Shown here: in pieces, positions 10,359 to 19,495 of the stretch
Layout: each line of letters starts with the position of its first letter
Position numbering within the stretch: position 1 is the stretch's first letter
NCBI GenBank assembly: GCA_038065955.1
Contig: JBBTPY010000003.1
Coordinates: 39,624-103,623, forward strand
DNA from: Patescibacteria group bacterium
GTDB lineage: Bacteria; Patescibacteriota; Minisyncoccia; UBA6257; UBA9933
Length of the DNA stretch: 64,000 nucleotides
Direction: 5' to 3'
Translations under genes and position numbers: made by a program
The notes under the pieces: model-generated
What the model saw: only the letters and a program-made list of their open reading frames with translations
Told to the model about the DNA's origin: nothing
Databases searched by the model: none

Positions 10359-11120
10359 ATGACGATTAAATTGAAAAGTTCTCGGGAAATTGAAATAATT
10401 GCCGTTTCCGGAAAGATATTGGCGCAAGTTTTTAAGGCAGTTATTAAAGAGGCGAAAATCGGCGCCAGTTTGAAAAATTTGGACGAATTGGCTTATAAAC
10501 TTATTAAAAAGGCAGGCGCTCAACCGGCCTTTTTAGGTTATCGGCCGGAAGGCGCCAAACATCCTTATAACGCTTCAATTTGCGCTTCGGTTAATGACGT
10601 GATTGTTCATGGTTTTCCGACGGATTATAAGCTTAAAGACGGCGATGTTTTAAAACTTGATTTTGGAGTGAAATATCAGGATTTTTATTCCGACGCGGCC
10701 GCGACTTTGGAAATCGGCGCGATTTCCAATCAAGCCGTTCAATTGATTAAAGCGACAAAAGAAGCGCTGGAAGAAGCCGTTAAGGCGGCGCGAGCCGGCA
10801 ATCATCTCGGCGATATCGGATTCGTGGTTTCAAAAATCGCCAAAAAATACGGTTTTAAGCCGATTAAGGGTTTAACCGGCCATGGTATTGGCAAAGAACT
10901 TCACGAAGAGCCAACGATTTATAATTACGGTAAAAAAGGCGAGGGGATTGAATTAAAACCAGGAATGGTTTTAGCTATTGAGCCGATGCTTTCAGCTGGC
11001 GCGGATGAAATTATTCAGAAACCCGATGAAAGTTGGGCTACGGCAGACGGTTCTTTGTCGGCTCATTTTGAGCATACGGTGGCGATTACGGAAAAAGAGC
11101 CATTAGTTTTAACTAAATAA
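10359..11120 (+). CDS. map: type I methionine aminopeptidase
   Basis: 253 aa, MetAP pita-bread fold motifs; follows adk. Confidence 0.9.
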   Translation: MTIKLKSSREIEIIAVSGKILAQVFKAVIKEAKIGASLKNLDELAYKLIKKAGAQPAFLGYRPEGAKHPYNASICASVNDVIVHGFPTDYKLKDGDVLKLDFGVKYQDFYSDAAATLEIGAISNQAVQLIKATKEALEEAVKAARAGNHLGDIGFVVSKIAKKYGFKPIKGLTGHGIGKELHEEPTIYNYGKKGEGIELKPGMVLAIEPMLSAGADEIIQKPDESWATADGSLSAHFEHTVAITEKEPLVLTK

Positions 11121-11170
11121 TTAAATTGCTTTATTTTTTTGATAACGTATAATGAATAAAATTTAAAATT

Positions 11171-11914
11171 ATGAAACCTTATCTTTCGGTTATAATTCCC
11201 GCTTACAATGAAGCCAAGCGTTTATCTTTGACGCTAATTGACATTAACAAACATCTTTCGCGAGTTGATTTTTCTTATGAAATTATTGTGATTGACAATA
11301 ATTCATCTGATGCGACCAAAGAAATCGCCGAAAGATTTTCCCGCTTGTTCAAAAATTTAAGAGTGATAGAATGTTTTACTCGCGGGAAAGGAGCGGCGGT
11401 AAAATACGGAATGTTGGAAGCGAAAGGAGAAATAAGATTGTTTATGGATGCCGATAATTCCACTTCCATTGACCAATTTAATAAAATGATACCTTATTTT
11501 AATAGCGGTTATTCGGTTGTTATCGGTTCGCGCGATATTGAAGGAGCCGAACTTGTGCCGCCTCAACCGTGGCATAAAAGAATTGCCGGCAATCTCGGCA
11601 ATCTGTTTATTCAATTTATGCTTTTACCGGGGATTTGGGATACGCAGTGCGGTTTTAAGGCGTTTACGGAAGAAGCGGCGGAGAAAATTTTTCCGCTTAT
11701 TAAAATTAGTCATTGGGGATTTGACGTTGAAATTTTGGCTTTGGCGAATAAAATGGGTTATAAAATAAAAGAAATTCCGGTTTTTTGGGTTAACAATCCG
11801 TTTTCTCTCGTAAGTTCTTTCGCCTATATTCAGGTTTTATGGGAAGTGGTAAAAATAAAATGGTGGATAATTACAAATAAATATGCAATATCATCTTACA
11901 AAAGAACGTTTTGA
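11171..11914 (+). CDS. family 2 glycosyltransferase (dolichyl-phosphate glucosyl/mannosyl-transferase-like)
   Basis: N-terminal SVIIPAYNE and DxD (MDADN) GT-A motifs. Confidence 0.75.
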   Translation: MKPYLSVIIPAYNEAKRLSLTLIDINKHLSRVDFSYEIIVIDNNSSDATKEIAERFSRLFKNLRVIECFTRGKGAAVKYGMLEAKGEIRLFMDADNSTSIDQFNKMIPYFNSGYSVVIGSRDIEGAELVPPQPWHKRIAGNLGNLFIQFMLLPGIWDTQCGFKAFTEEAAEKIFPLIKISHWGFDVEILALANKMGYKIKEIPVFWVNNPFSLVSSFAYIQVLWEVVKIKWWIITNKYAISSYKRTF

Positions 11915-12338
11915 GGAATTAAAAATAGAATTGGAGCGGCTTAAAAAAGAAGTTCGCGCCGAAATCAGGGAGCGGCTTCGCCGGGCCAAGGAATACGGCG
12001 ACCTTTCGGAGAACGCCGAATATTCCGAAGCTAAAGACGAACAGGCAAAAGTTGAGGGCCGTATTTTTGAATTGGAAAATATTTTAAAAAACGCTTCAAT
12101 AATCAGGAAAACAAGCGGCAAGGACAGCGTTACGATAGGAGCAACGGTTGAAGTCAGGCGGGGCGGAAAAGTTTTTAAATATACGATTGTCGGTTCCAAT
12201 GAAGCGCGGCCGGAAGCGAATTTGATTTCCAATGAATCGCCTTTGGGCGGCGCTTTTTTAGGCAAGAAATCCGGCGATGTCGTTGAAATAAGCGTTCCCG
12301 GCGGAAAAGCGAAATATGAGATAATAAAAATAGGGTAA
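11883..12338 (+). CDS. greA: transcription elongation factor GreA
   Basis: 151 aa; coiled-coil N-domain plus FKBP-like C-domain (GDLSENAEY). Confidence 0.9.
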   Translation: MQYHLTKERFEELKIELERLKKEVRAEIRERLRRAKEYGDLSENAEYSEAKDEQAKVEGRIFELENILKNASIIRKTSGKDSVTIGATVEVRRGGKVFKYTIVGSNEARPEANLISNESPLGGAFLGKKSGDVVEISVPGGKAKYEIIKIG

Positions 12339-12346
12339 AGCAAATT

Positions 12347-13684
12347 ATGCTAGATGATATTATTCAAGAACGTCGGCGAAAATTAAATAATTTTATTAAA
12401 GAAGGCATTGATCTTTATCCTTCAAAAATTAAGCGGACGCTTACAATAGCCGTTGCCTTAAAAAATTTCACCGAGCTTTCGCGCGCCTCTAAAAACATTT
12501 TTCTTGTCGGTCGGCTTATGGCTTTAAGGGACCAAGGCAATTTGATTTTTCTTGATTTAAAAGACGAATCCGGGAAAATTCAAGTTGTTTTTAAAAAAGA
12601 CAGCCTTAAAAATTATAAAATCTTAAAACAAAATTTGGACATCGGCGATTTTTTGGAAATTGGCGGTTTGCTTTTTAAAACTAAAAAGGGAGAGAAAAGC
12701 ATATTGGCGAAAACCGCGCGAATTATCGTTAAGTCAATTATGCCTTTGCCGGTTCAATGGTATGGTTTAAAAGATGTTGAAGAAAGATTTCGCAAGCGCT
12801 ATCTGGATATTATTTTAAATCCGGAAATTAAGGAGAAATTCATTAAACGTTTTGAGGCGCTAGTTTATTTGCGCGCTAAATTGATTGAAGAAGGTTTTTT
12901 GGAGGTGGAAACGCCGATGCTTCAGGCGATTCCCGGCGGAGCCAAAGCACGGCCGTTTATCACTCATCACAACGCTTTTGATGTTGATTTTTATCTGAGA
13001 ATCGCGCCGGAACTTTATCTTAAAAGACTGCTCGTCGCCGGTTTTGAAAAAATTTTTGAAATTGGACGGGTTTTCAGAAATGAGGGCATTGATAGGGACC
13101 ACAATCCGGAATTTACCATGTTGGAACTTTATTGGGCTTATCAGGATTGGGAAGGGTTGATGAGTTTTACCGAAAAATTGCTTAAAAAATTTCTCGGCGG
13201 GAAAAAATGGCCGAGAATAGGTTTTTCCGAAGCGTTTAAAAAATACGCTCTCATTGATATAAATAAACTTAAAAGCGATGAACTCGACGAAATTTTCAAA
13301 AAACAAGTAAGGCCGAAAATTATTAAACCGACTTTTATCACTCATTATCCGAAATCAATTTCTCCCTTGGCGAAATCATGCGCTGACAATCCCGATTTAA
13401 CCGAACGATTTCAATTAATTGTTGACGGCACGGAAATCGTTAATGGATTTTCCGAATTAAATAATCCGATTGAACAAAGAAACAGAATGGAAGAACAGGA
13501 AAAAATGTATCGCGGCGGCGATATTGAGGCTTCGCGTTTGGATGAAGATTTTTTGGAGGCCTTGGAATATGGTATGCCGCCGGCCGCCGGATTCGGCATC
13601 GGCATTGACCGGCTTGCGGCGTTTATTACTAAAAGCCATAATATAAAAGAAGTAATAATATTTCCGACGTTAAAACCGAAATAA
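12347..13684 (+). CDS. lysS: lysine--tRNA ligase (class II)
   Basis: 445 aa, OB anticodon-binding domain plus class II motifs (FRNEG, GxGxDR). Confidence 0.9.
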   Translation: MLDDIIQERRRKLNNFIKEGIDLYPSKIKRTLTIAVALKNFTELSRASKNIFLVGRLMALRDQGNLIFLDLKDESGKIQVVFKKDSLKNYKILKQNLDIGDFLEIGGLLFKTKKGEKSILAKTARIIVKSIMPLPVQWYGLKDVEERFRKRYLDIILNPEIKEKFIKRFEALVYLRAKLIEEGFLEVETPMLQAIPGGAKARPFITHHNAFDVDFYLRIAPELYLKRLLVAGFEKIFEIGRVFRNEGIDRDHNPEFTMLELYWAYQDWEGLMSFTEKLLKKFLGGKKWPRIGFSEAFKKYALIDINKLKSDELDEIFKKQVRPKIIKPTFITHYPKSISPLAKSCADNPDLTERFQLIVDGTEIVNGFSELNNPIEQRNRMEEQEKMYRGGDIEASRLDEDFLEALEYGMPPAAGFGIGIDRLAAFITKSHNIKEVIIFPTLKPK

Positions 13685-13686
13685 AT

Positions 13687-14946
13687 ATGTTAGATATTAA
13701 TTTAATCCGGCAAAATCCGGAAAAAATTAAAAAAGGGATGGTGGCTAAAAATGTCAGTTCAAAATTAGTGGACGATTTTTTGGCGCTTGACGAAGGGTGG
13801 AGAAAATTAACCAAAGAAATTGATGATTTAAGGGCGGAACAGAAAAAACTTTCCGAAGTCCGTAAGATTGAAGAAGCTAAAAAAAATAAGGAAAAAATAA
13901 AAAATGCGGAAATAGAATTAAATGAAACGGAAAAACGGCGGGAAGAAATTTTGCGCGGCTTGCCGAATTTGCCGTTTGACGACGCGCCGGTTGGCAAAAA
14001 TGAAAGCGGCAATGTTGTTTTAAGAGAAATTGGCGAAAAATCGAAATTCGGCTTTGAGCCGAAAGACTATTTGGAAATTGTCGAAAAATTGGATTTAATT
14101 GACACAGAGCGGGCGGCTAAAGTTTCGGGCAGCCGTTTCGGTTATATTAAAGGCCAATTGGTTCTTTTGGAATTCGCTTTGGTCAAACTCGCATTAGATA
14201 CGGCGGTAAAAAAAGGATTTATTCCAATAATTCCGCCGGTGATAATTAAAGAAGAGATGATGCGGGCGATGGGGTACATTGACAGCCATAAGGACCGCGA
14301 AGAAACTTATTTTTTGGAAAAAGACAATTCGTATTTGGTGGCCACTTCGGAACAGTCAATCGGTCCTATGCATAGCGGCGAAATTTTTAACGAAAACGAA
14401 TTGCCGAAAAGATATATCGGTTTTTCAACTTGTTTTCGGCGCGAGGCTGGTTCTTATGGTAAAGACACTAAGGGAATTTTAAGAGTTCATCAGTTTGATA
14501 AAGCGGAAATGTTCAGTTTTTGCGAACCGGAGAAATCTAAAGAAGAACACGAATTACTGCTTTCAATAGAAGAAGATTTAATGAAATTATTAAAAATTCC
14601 TTATCGTGTTCTTAATATCTGTACCGGTGATTTAGGCGGTCCGGCCGCGAAAAAATACGATATTGAAGCGTGGCTGCCGGGGCAAAACGGCGGAAAAGGA
14701 GAATATCGCGAAACCCATTCCACTTCCAATTGTACTGATTTTCAGGCGCGGAGATTAAACATTAAATATAGGTCAAGTGTCAGAGGTCAAATGTCAAAGG
14801 TTGATTTTGTTCATACTCTCAATGGCACAGCTTTCGCTATTGGCCGAATGCTTATCGCTATTATTGAAAACTGCCAACAAAAAGACGGTTCAATTTTAAT
14901 GCCGGAAGTTTTGCGGGGATATTTGGGATTTAAGGAAATTAGATAA
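13687..14946 (+). CDS. serS: serine--tRNA ligase
   Basis: 419 aa; coiled-coil N-arm; class II core (TLNGTA..R); the loop before FVHTLNG is encoded by a GTCA-heptamer tract. Confidence 0.9.
   Translation: MLDINLIRQNPEKIKKGMVAKNVSSKLVDDFLALDEGWRKLTKEIDDLRAEQKKLSEVRKIEEAKKNKEKIKNAEIELNETEKRREEILRGLPNLPFDDAPVGKNESGNVVLREIGEKSKFGFEPKDYLEIVEKLDLIDTERAAKVSGSRFGYIKGQLVLLEFALVKLALDTAVKKGFIPIIPPVIIKEEMMRAMGYIDSHKDREETYFLEKDNSYLVATSEQSIGPMHSGEIFNENELPKRYIGFSTCFRREAGSYGKDTKGILRVHQFDKAEMFSFCEPEKSKEEHELLLSIEEDLMKLLKIPYRVLNICTGDLGGPAAKKYDIEAWLPGQNGGKGEYRETHSTSNCTDFQARRLNIKYRSSVRGQMSKVDFVHTLNGTAFAIGRMLIAIIENCQQKDGSILMPEVLRGYLGFKEIR
14771..14798 (+). repeat. GTCA-core heptamer tract inside serS
   Basis: gtcaagt gtcagag gtcaaat gtcaaag; encodes SVRGQMSKV. 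Confidence 0.75.
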
Positions 14947-14958
14947 TAAACAGAACAG

Positions 14959-15738
14959 ATGGGTAATGTATATTTTGATGAAAAACAAAGAAAAAAAAGA
15001 CGTTGGATTCTGAAATTAAAAATTTACGGCTCGCTGTCGGTTTTTTTTATTTTAATAATTGGCGCCGGCTATTTAATTGTTTATTCACCATTATTTCGGA
15101 TTAAAAATATTTTAATATTAGGGACGTCGAACGTCCCTAAATTAGAAGAAAACATTAAAGTTTTTTTCGCCAATCAATCAAAAATCGACAAGTTTTTTGG
15201 AGCGAATAATATTTTAATTTGGAAACAAGAAAAAATAGGGGAGTTTCTAAAAAACGAGCCGCAAATCGCCGAATTAACGATTAAAAAGGATTATTTTAAG
15301 CGGCTGATAAAAATAGAAGTTAAAGAAAGGGAAAAATTCGGTATTTGGTGCGCCAACAATTGTTTTTGGTTTGATAAAAAGGGCGTTGTTTTTTTAGAGT
15401 CGCCGTCAACGGAAGGCAGTTTAATTAATAAAATAGACGATTTTTCCGATAGGTCGTTTAATCTTGGAGATAAAATTCTCGAAGAAAAATTTTTATCAAA
15501 CTTGATTAAAATTTTTGAAATTCTTGAAAAATCCGGCTTGAAAATAAAATCGTTGAAATTGGAAGATATTGCGCTTCAGGAAATAATTACCGATTCATCG
15601 CCTAAAATTTATTTCAGCTTGCGGATAGAGCCGAATTTCGCTTTGGCGGCGCTTCAATCGTTGGAAAATATCGGTTTTGAAAAGATGGAATATATTGATT
15701 TGCGGGTGGAAAATCGGGCGTATTATAAAATGAAGTAG
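14959..15738 (+). CDS. FtsQ/DivIB-like POTRA-domain cell-division protein (putative)
   Basis: basic N-terminus, a single TM, then a POTRA-like segment (FRIKNILILGTSNV); called from topology and motif only. Confidence 0.45.
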   Translation: MGNVYFDEKQRKKRRWILKLKIYGSLSVFFILIIGAGYLIVYSPLFRIKNILILGTSNVPKLEENIKVFFANQSKIDKFFGANNILIWKQEKIGEFLKNEPQIAELTIKKDYFKRLIKIEVKEREKFGIWCANNCFWFDKKGVVFLESPSTEGSLINKIDDFSDRSFNLGDKILEEKFLSNLIKIFEILEKSGLKIKSLKLEDIALQEIITDSSPKIYFSLRIEPNFALAALQSLENIGFEKMEYIDLRVENRAYYKMK

Positions 15739-15744
15739 ATTATT

Positions 15745-17565
15745 TTATAGTTTGTAAATAAATATGGAAGTTCCCGCTTTATAATCCGGTTCATAAGGAT
15801 TTTTTATTTCTTTCAGCCATTGATATTCGTCTTCGGGATTTCGCTGTTGGCCCGGGTGAAGTTTGCCTAAAGCGCCTTGCAGATTGTTTATTGAAATCGC
15901 CAGCCATTCAATATTATAATCTTTCGGATTGCCTTTTGACGATTGCCACTGTTCAAACTTATCGTTTAAATAATATTTCGGACTGCCGCCGCCGAAATAA
16001 TCAATGGCAATTTTATTAATTTTTTCGCCGGCGGGCGGATTTTCAACAAAATTTTTAAGCCGTTTCAAATCTTGCCCCCAATCGTAATTGGAATCAGTTA
16101 CGTATTTATAGCCGTTTTCAACGCCGCCGCTAATTTGGTTAAAGTAAGAAAGATAATAAGGAGCGCTTAAAAATGTTTCCGCTAAATACCAGATTATCAA
16201 AATAGCGATAACGGCAGATTTAAATATGACTTTTGAATTATAGTTTATCCATTTTTTGAGCGCTGAAGCGGCGAGAATATAAATAAACGGCATTGTTGGC
16301 ATTAAGTGTCTAATGCCGATGTTAAGCGGGCTTTTAATGCTGTAAAGCCAGTAGAAAATCGCGAATGACAGCATTGAAAATTCGGCAAAATGGTTGCCGA
16401 GATAGTCCATAAAAGTTTGTAGTTTGTAGTTTGTGGTTTGTAGTTTTCTGATAATACCCCAAACGCTTAAAAAAAGCGCGATAAAAATTAGAATTAACGA
16501 TGGAACGGGTTCTTTTAAAATAAAAACAATTGGGAAATAATACCACCAGCCGCCGGCCGACACTTCGCCTAAGAAATATCCGGTGTTTCCGCCGGAAGAG
16601 CGTTGAAGCACCATTAAAACTCCTAAAAGATATTGGCCGAGCGGCCTTAAAATTTTATTTCCGGCCATCCAGATATTTATTTCCGCCGGAGCGCCGGAAA
16701 AAGAAGTTAAAATAAATTTTGTGTCGGCGACTTGTTTTTCAATCGGATAATTTATAGTAAATAAAAAATAAATCGCATAGATTAAAATATAACCGATAAT
16801 AAAGATGGCTGAAATTGATTTAAAATAGCGCAGTCCTCGGATGGAAAATCGTTTTAATCGCGCCGAAGGAGCGGTTTGTCGCCAGTCGTGATAGATTTTC
16901 CATATTAAAAAAACAGTAATTAAAAATATAAAAAATGGAATAAGTAAAAAGGCGGAAAATTTCATCGACTGGGCGATGCCGAAAGCCAATCCAGCGAATA
17001 TTAAATGCCGGCGCGACTGTCCAAAAAGGAATTTTACGAAATAATAAGTGGCGATAAATATTCCTAAAGCCGCGCCAATGTCTGTGGTTACATAATGACC
17101 GTGAGTCAAGACTGTCGGCGAAAAAGCGAATAAAAATGTCGGAAATAATGCCCACCAGCGGCCAATCAGTTCTTTTGACCAGATATAAATGAAAATTATT
17201 AAAATTAACGTAAGGAGCATCGGGCCGAGCCGCGACCATTGAATGATTGTGTCGGCATTATTGCCTGATTCGTAAAGAAATTGCGCGCCGGCGGCCCATT
17301 GGCCGTTGATATCCGTTTGCCAAGGCGATTTGTCGGTTGGAAAGTTTAATTTTTGAAATAACAGCGGAAAAGCGGCTAAAGCTTTTACTAATGGCGGATG
17401 TTCGGGGTTTAAGCGAAAATCCAGGTATTTGACATAACCATAGCCGGCCGGAATATGGGCAAGCTCATCCATTGTGGCGGACTCTTGAAAAGACGCATTA
17501 AGCATTAAAGCAAATGAAACGGCGGCGATTAAATAAAGAAACAATAAAGAAAGATGTTTAGACAT
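15745..17565 (-). CDS. GT-C superfamily membrane glycosyltransferase (GT39/PMT/ArnT-like)
   Basis: 606 aa polytopic protein with DE motif in the first loop (ATMDELAH); internal AGTTTGT x5 tract. Confidence 0.7.
   Translation of the reverse strand: MSKHLSLLFLYLIAAVSFALMLNASFQESATMDELAHIPAGYGYVKYLDFRLNPEHPPLVKALAAFPLLFQKLNFPTDKSPWQTDINGQWAAGAQFLYESGNNADTIIQWSRLGPMLLTLILIIFIYIWSKELIGRWWALFPTFLFAFSPTVLTHGHYVTTDIGAALGIFIATYYFVKFLFGQSRRHLIFAGLAFGIAQSMKFSAFLLIPFFIFLITVFLIWKIYHDWRQTAPSARLKRFSIRGLRYFKSISAIFIIGYILIYAIYFLFTINYPIEKQVADTKFILTSFSGAPAEINIWMAGNKILRPLGQYLLGVLMVLQRSSGGNTGYFLGEVSAGGWWYYFPIVFILKEPVPSLILIFIALFLSVWGIIRKLQTTNYKLQTFMDYLGNHFAEFSMLSFAIFYWLYSIKSPLNIGIRHLMPTMPFIYILAASALKKWINYNSKVIFKSAVIAILIIWYLAETFLSAPYYLSYFNQISGGVENGYKYVTDSNYDWGQDLKRLKNFVENPPAGEKINKIAIDYFGGGSPKYYLNDKFEQWQSSKGNPKDYNIEWLAISINNLQGALGKLHPGQQRNPEDEYQWLKEIKNPYEPDYKAGTSIFIYKL
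16414..16448. repeat. heptamer tandem repeat AGTTTGT x5 inside the GT-C gene
   Basis: agtttgt agtttgt agtttgt ggtttgt agttttc. Confidence 0.9.
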
Positions 17566-17588
17566 ATAAATTCGTATATAATTATAAT

Positions 17589-17951
17589 ATGTTTTTTATC
17601 CATAAATCCAGCGCAAAAATTCATTGGACAAATCATGTTAAAATAAAGATGCGATTTTATAAATTATCCGAGCAAAGAGTAAGGCGGATTTTAAATTCTC
17701 CGAAAAGAACGGAAGAAGGAATAGCGCCGAATACCGTGGCGCTTATGCAGGTTGCCGGCAGTGAAAAACATCCGTACGAAATTTGGGTAATGCTTCAAAA
17801 AATAAATCAGAAATCAGACATCAAGAGTCAGATGTTAAAAGTGATAAGCGCCTGGAAATATCCCGGCAGAACTAAACCTCGCGGCGAAATTGCGTTTAAT
17901 TTTATTCAGCAAGAATTTGCCGAATATAAAAATGAAGAAAAATCCGTTTAA
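17589..17951 (+). CDS. hypothetical protein
   Basis: 120-aa ORF; no motif recognised. Confidence 0.4.
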   Translation: MFFIHKSSAKIHWTNHVKIKMRFYKLSEQRVRRILNSPKRTEEGIAPNTVALMQVAGSEKHPYEIWVMLQKINQKSDIKSQMLKVISAWKYPGRTKPRGEIAFNFIQQEFAEYKNEEKSV

Positions 17952-17965
17952 CGGTTTAACGACGG

Positions 17966-18214
17966 TCAGGCGGCTTTTTTCATTTCTTCATATTCTTCTC
18001 TAAGAGGAATACTGCCGTCCGGCGACATTTTTTTCCCTAAAATTTTCGGCCATTGCGGGACATAAGGCTCTTTTTTGTCTTTTAGCTTTTCGTCTTCGTT
18101 TTTTTCACGGCTCTCACAACTTTCACAGCTTTCGCCCTTATCCATTTCCTCGCTTTCTTTTTTAATTTTTTTCGTTGACTGGGAATTTAAAAAATCAGAT
18201 ATTTTTTCAAACAT
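17966..18214 (-). CDS. hypothetical small acidic protein
   Basis: 82-aa ORF convergent with the previous gene; CESCES motif. Confidence 0.35.
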   Translation of the reverse strand: MFEKISDFLNSQSTKKIKKESEEMDKGESCESCESREKNEDEKLKDKKEPYVPQWPKILGKKMSPDGSIPLREEYEEMKKAA

Positions 18215-18302
18215 TGGAATTTTTATATTTTAAATATTTTTTATAATTAAACGACCTTTATTTTTAAAAATTATACTATAAAAATAAATAGAAATATATG
18301 GT

Positions 18303-18344
18303 CTTACTAAACCATTCTGACGGCCGTCAGAATGGTTTAGTAAG
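18303..18344. repeat. perfect 42-bp palindrome (cttactaaaccattctgacgg|ccgtcagaatggtttagtaag)
   Basis: read directly; in a divergent intergenic region. Confidence 0.9.
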
Positions 18345-18399
18345 TTAGTAAGATTAGAAGAAGATTATAAAATATATCGTCGAATAAATTATATCATAT

Positions 18400-18441
18400 C
18401 AATTTCGGTTATTTCAACGATCGTTGAAATAACCGAAATTG
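18400..18441. repeat. second perfect 42-bp palindrome (caatttcggttatttcaacga|tcgttgaaataaccgaaattg)
   Basis: read directly; 55 bp downstream of the first palindrome. Confidence 0.9.
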
Positions 18442-18697
18442 GCTGAAACATTAAATGTTCTCCTATAAAATTAATAAATGATTATACTATTTTAAAAACC
18501 GAATCTCACAAAACCGCTCACGATTGACAAATATAAAGAAAGTATGTTATTTTTAAAAATCATTTATATGTCTGTTTTTCGGTTTATTCCAACATTAACT
18601 CGGCCCGCTTAAATTTCTGCAATAAGGCAGGATAAAAAGCGACGCCACAATCGCCTCCGCTAATTTAATTAGCGGTTGGCAAAAAGGAGGACTTGTT

Positions 18698-19228
18698 ATG
18701 AAAGACGCACCACTTCCGCTGCTTCTTAAGCCTGTGGGTACCATTTATATACCTGCGACTATCGAAAAATTTGTGGTTCGGGAAAAGTTTGTGGTTCGGG
18801 AAAAGTTTGTGGTCAACACCAGCAGTAAATACGCGAAAATTTCTTATATTGGATATCTTTTTTCGAAATGGTTTCTCAATAAAATTGAGGAACCGAAGCC
18901 GGAAACGCATCTCCAGTATGCTGATTTACTGAGAGCGTCTTCGGGTAATCATATTCTCGCCGAGCTTGGCGAGAAAAAAGAAACAACCCTTGCCGAAATC
19001 TTTGATTTGATGATAATCCAACCGACTGGCGAGGACGACGTGTTGTTCACTAATGATTATAATAATAATATTTTTTGTGTCCGCGATGTTAATAATGAGC
19101 TTCGTGGTGTGAGAGTTTGGAATGTTTGGAATAATGACAGTTGGAGTAGAAGTATTAGTTGGCGTGTAGGCGCGTTTTTAGTTAATAATATGTGGCCTGA
19201 TGGTATCCGCGTCTTCTCTCGTGGTTAA
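18698..19228 (+). CDS. hypothetical protein with tandem KFVVRE repeats
   Basis: 176-aa ORF with a strong SD (aaaggagga) 8 nt upstream; internal 18-bp tandem repeat; higher GC than its neighbours. Confidence 0.5.
   Translation: MKDAPLPLLLKPVGTIYIPATIEKFVVREKFVVREKFVVNTSSKYAKISYIGYLFSKWFLNKIEEPKPETHLQYADLLRASSGNHILAELGEKKETTLAEIFDLMIIQPTGEDDVLFTNDYNNNIFCVRDVNNELRGVRVWNVWNNDSWSRSISWRVGAFLVNNMWPDGIRVFSRG
18770..18814 (+). repeat. 18-bp tandem repeat (tttgtggttcgggaaaag) x2.5
   Basis: direct reading; encodes (E)KFVVRE repeats. Confidence 0.9.
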
Positions 19229-19248
19229 TAAAACACTTAAATCTCTTA

Positions 19249-19287
19249 GCTCCTTGGTTCGGTTATTTCCGAACCAAGGAGCTTTTT
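19249..19287 (+). terminator. rho-independent terminator
   Basis: gctccttggttcggttatttccgaaccaaggagc followed by TTTTT. Confidence 0.8.
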
Positions 19288-19395
19288 ATTTATAATAATT
19301 TTTAGTCATTTACTCGCATGTGCGAGTAAATGACTAAAATGACTAAAAAGTTGTTTTCTTAAATTTTCTTAAAATTTAAAATAGCGGCAATAATT

Positions 19396-19404
19396 TGGTA
19401 TAAT
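19396..19404 (+). promoter_or_regulatory. extended -10 promoter element (TGgTATAAT) upstream of ychF
   Basis: tggtataat about 90 nt upstream of the ychF ATG. Confidence 0.35.
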
Positions 19405-19495
19405 TTCTTTAAAAGATTGCTAAAAAATATAAATTTCAATATGGATAATTTGATTAAAAACTGAAATTAAAATAAGATATTACGAAACTTTCAAA

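Noticed and set aside
14771-14798. Large insertion in serS
   Set aside because: Alignment by eye to E. coli SerRS shows the heptamer-encoded segment replaces a loop of nearly the same length (about 3 aa longer). It is a repeat-encoded variable loop and not a large insertion.
15118-15141. Hairpin tagggacgt-cga-acgtcccta inside the FtsQ-like gene
   Set aside because: It is short (9-bp stem), sits inside a coding region with no T-tract, and contains an AatII-like gacgtc. It is probably coincidental.
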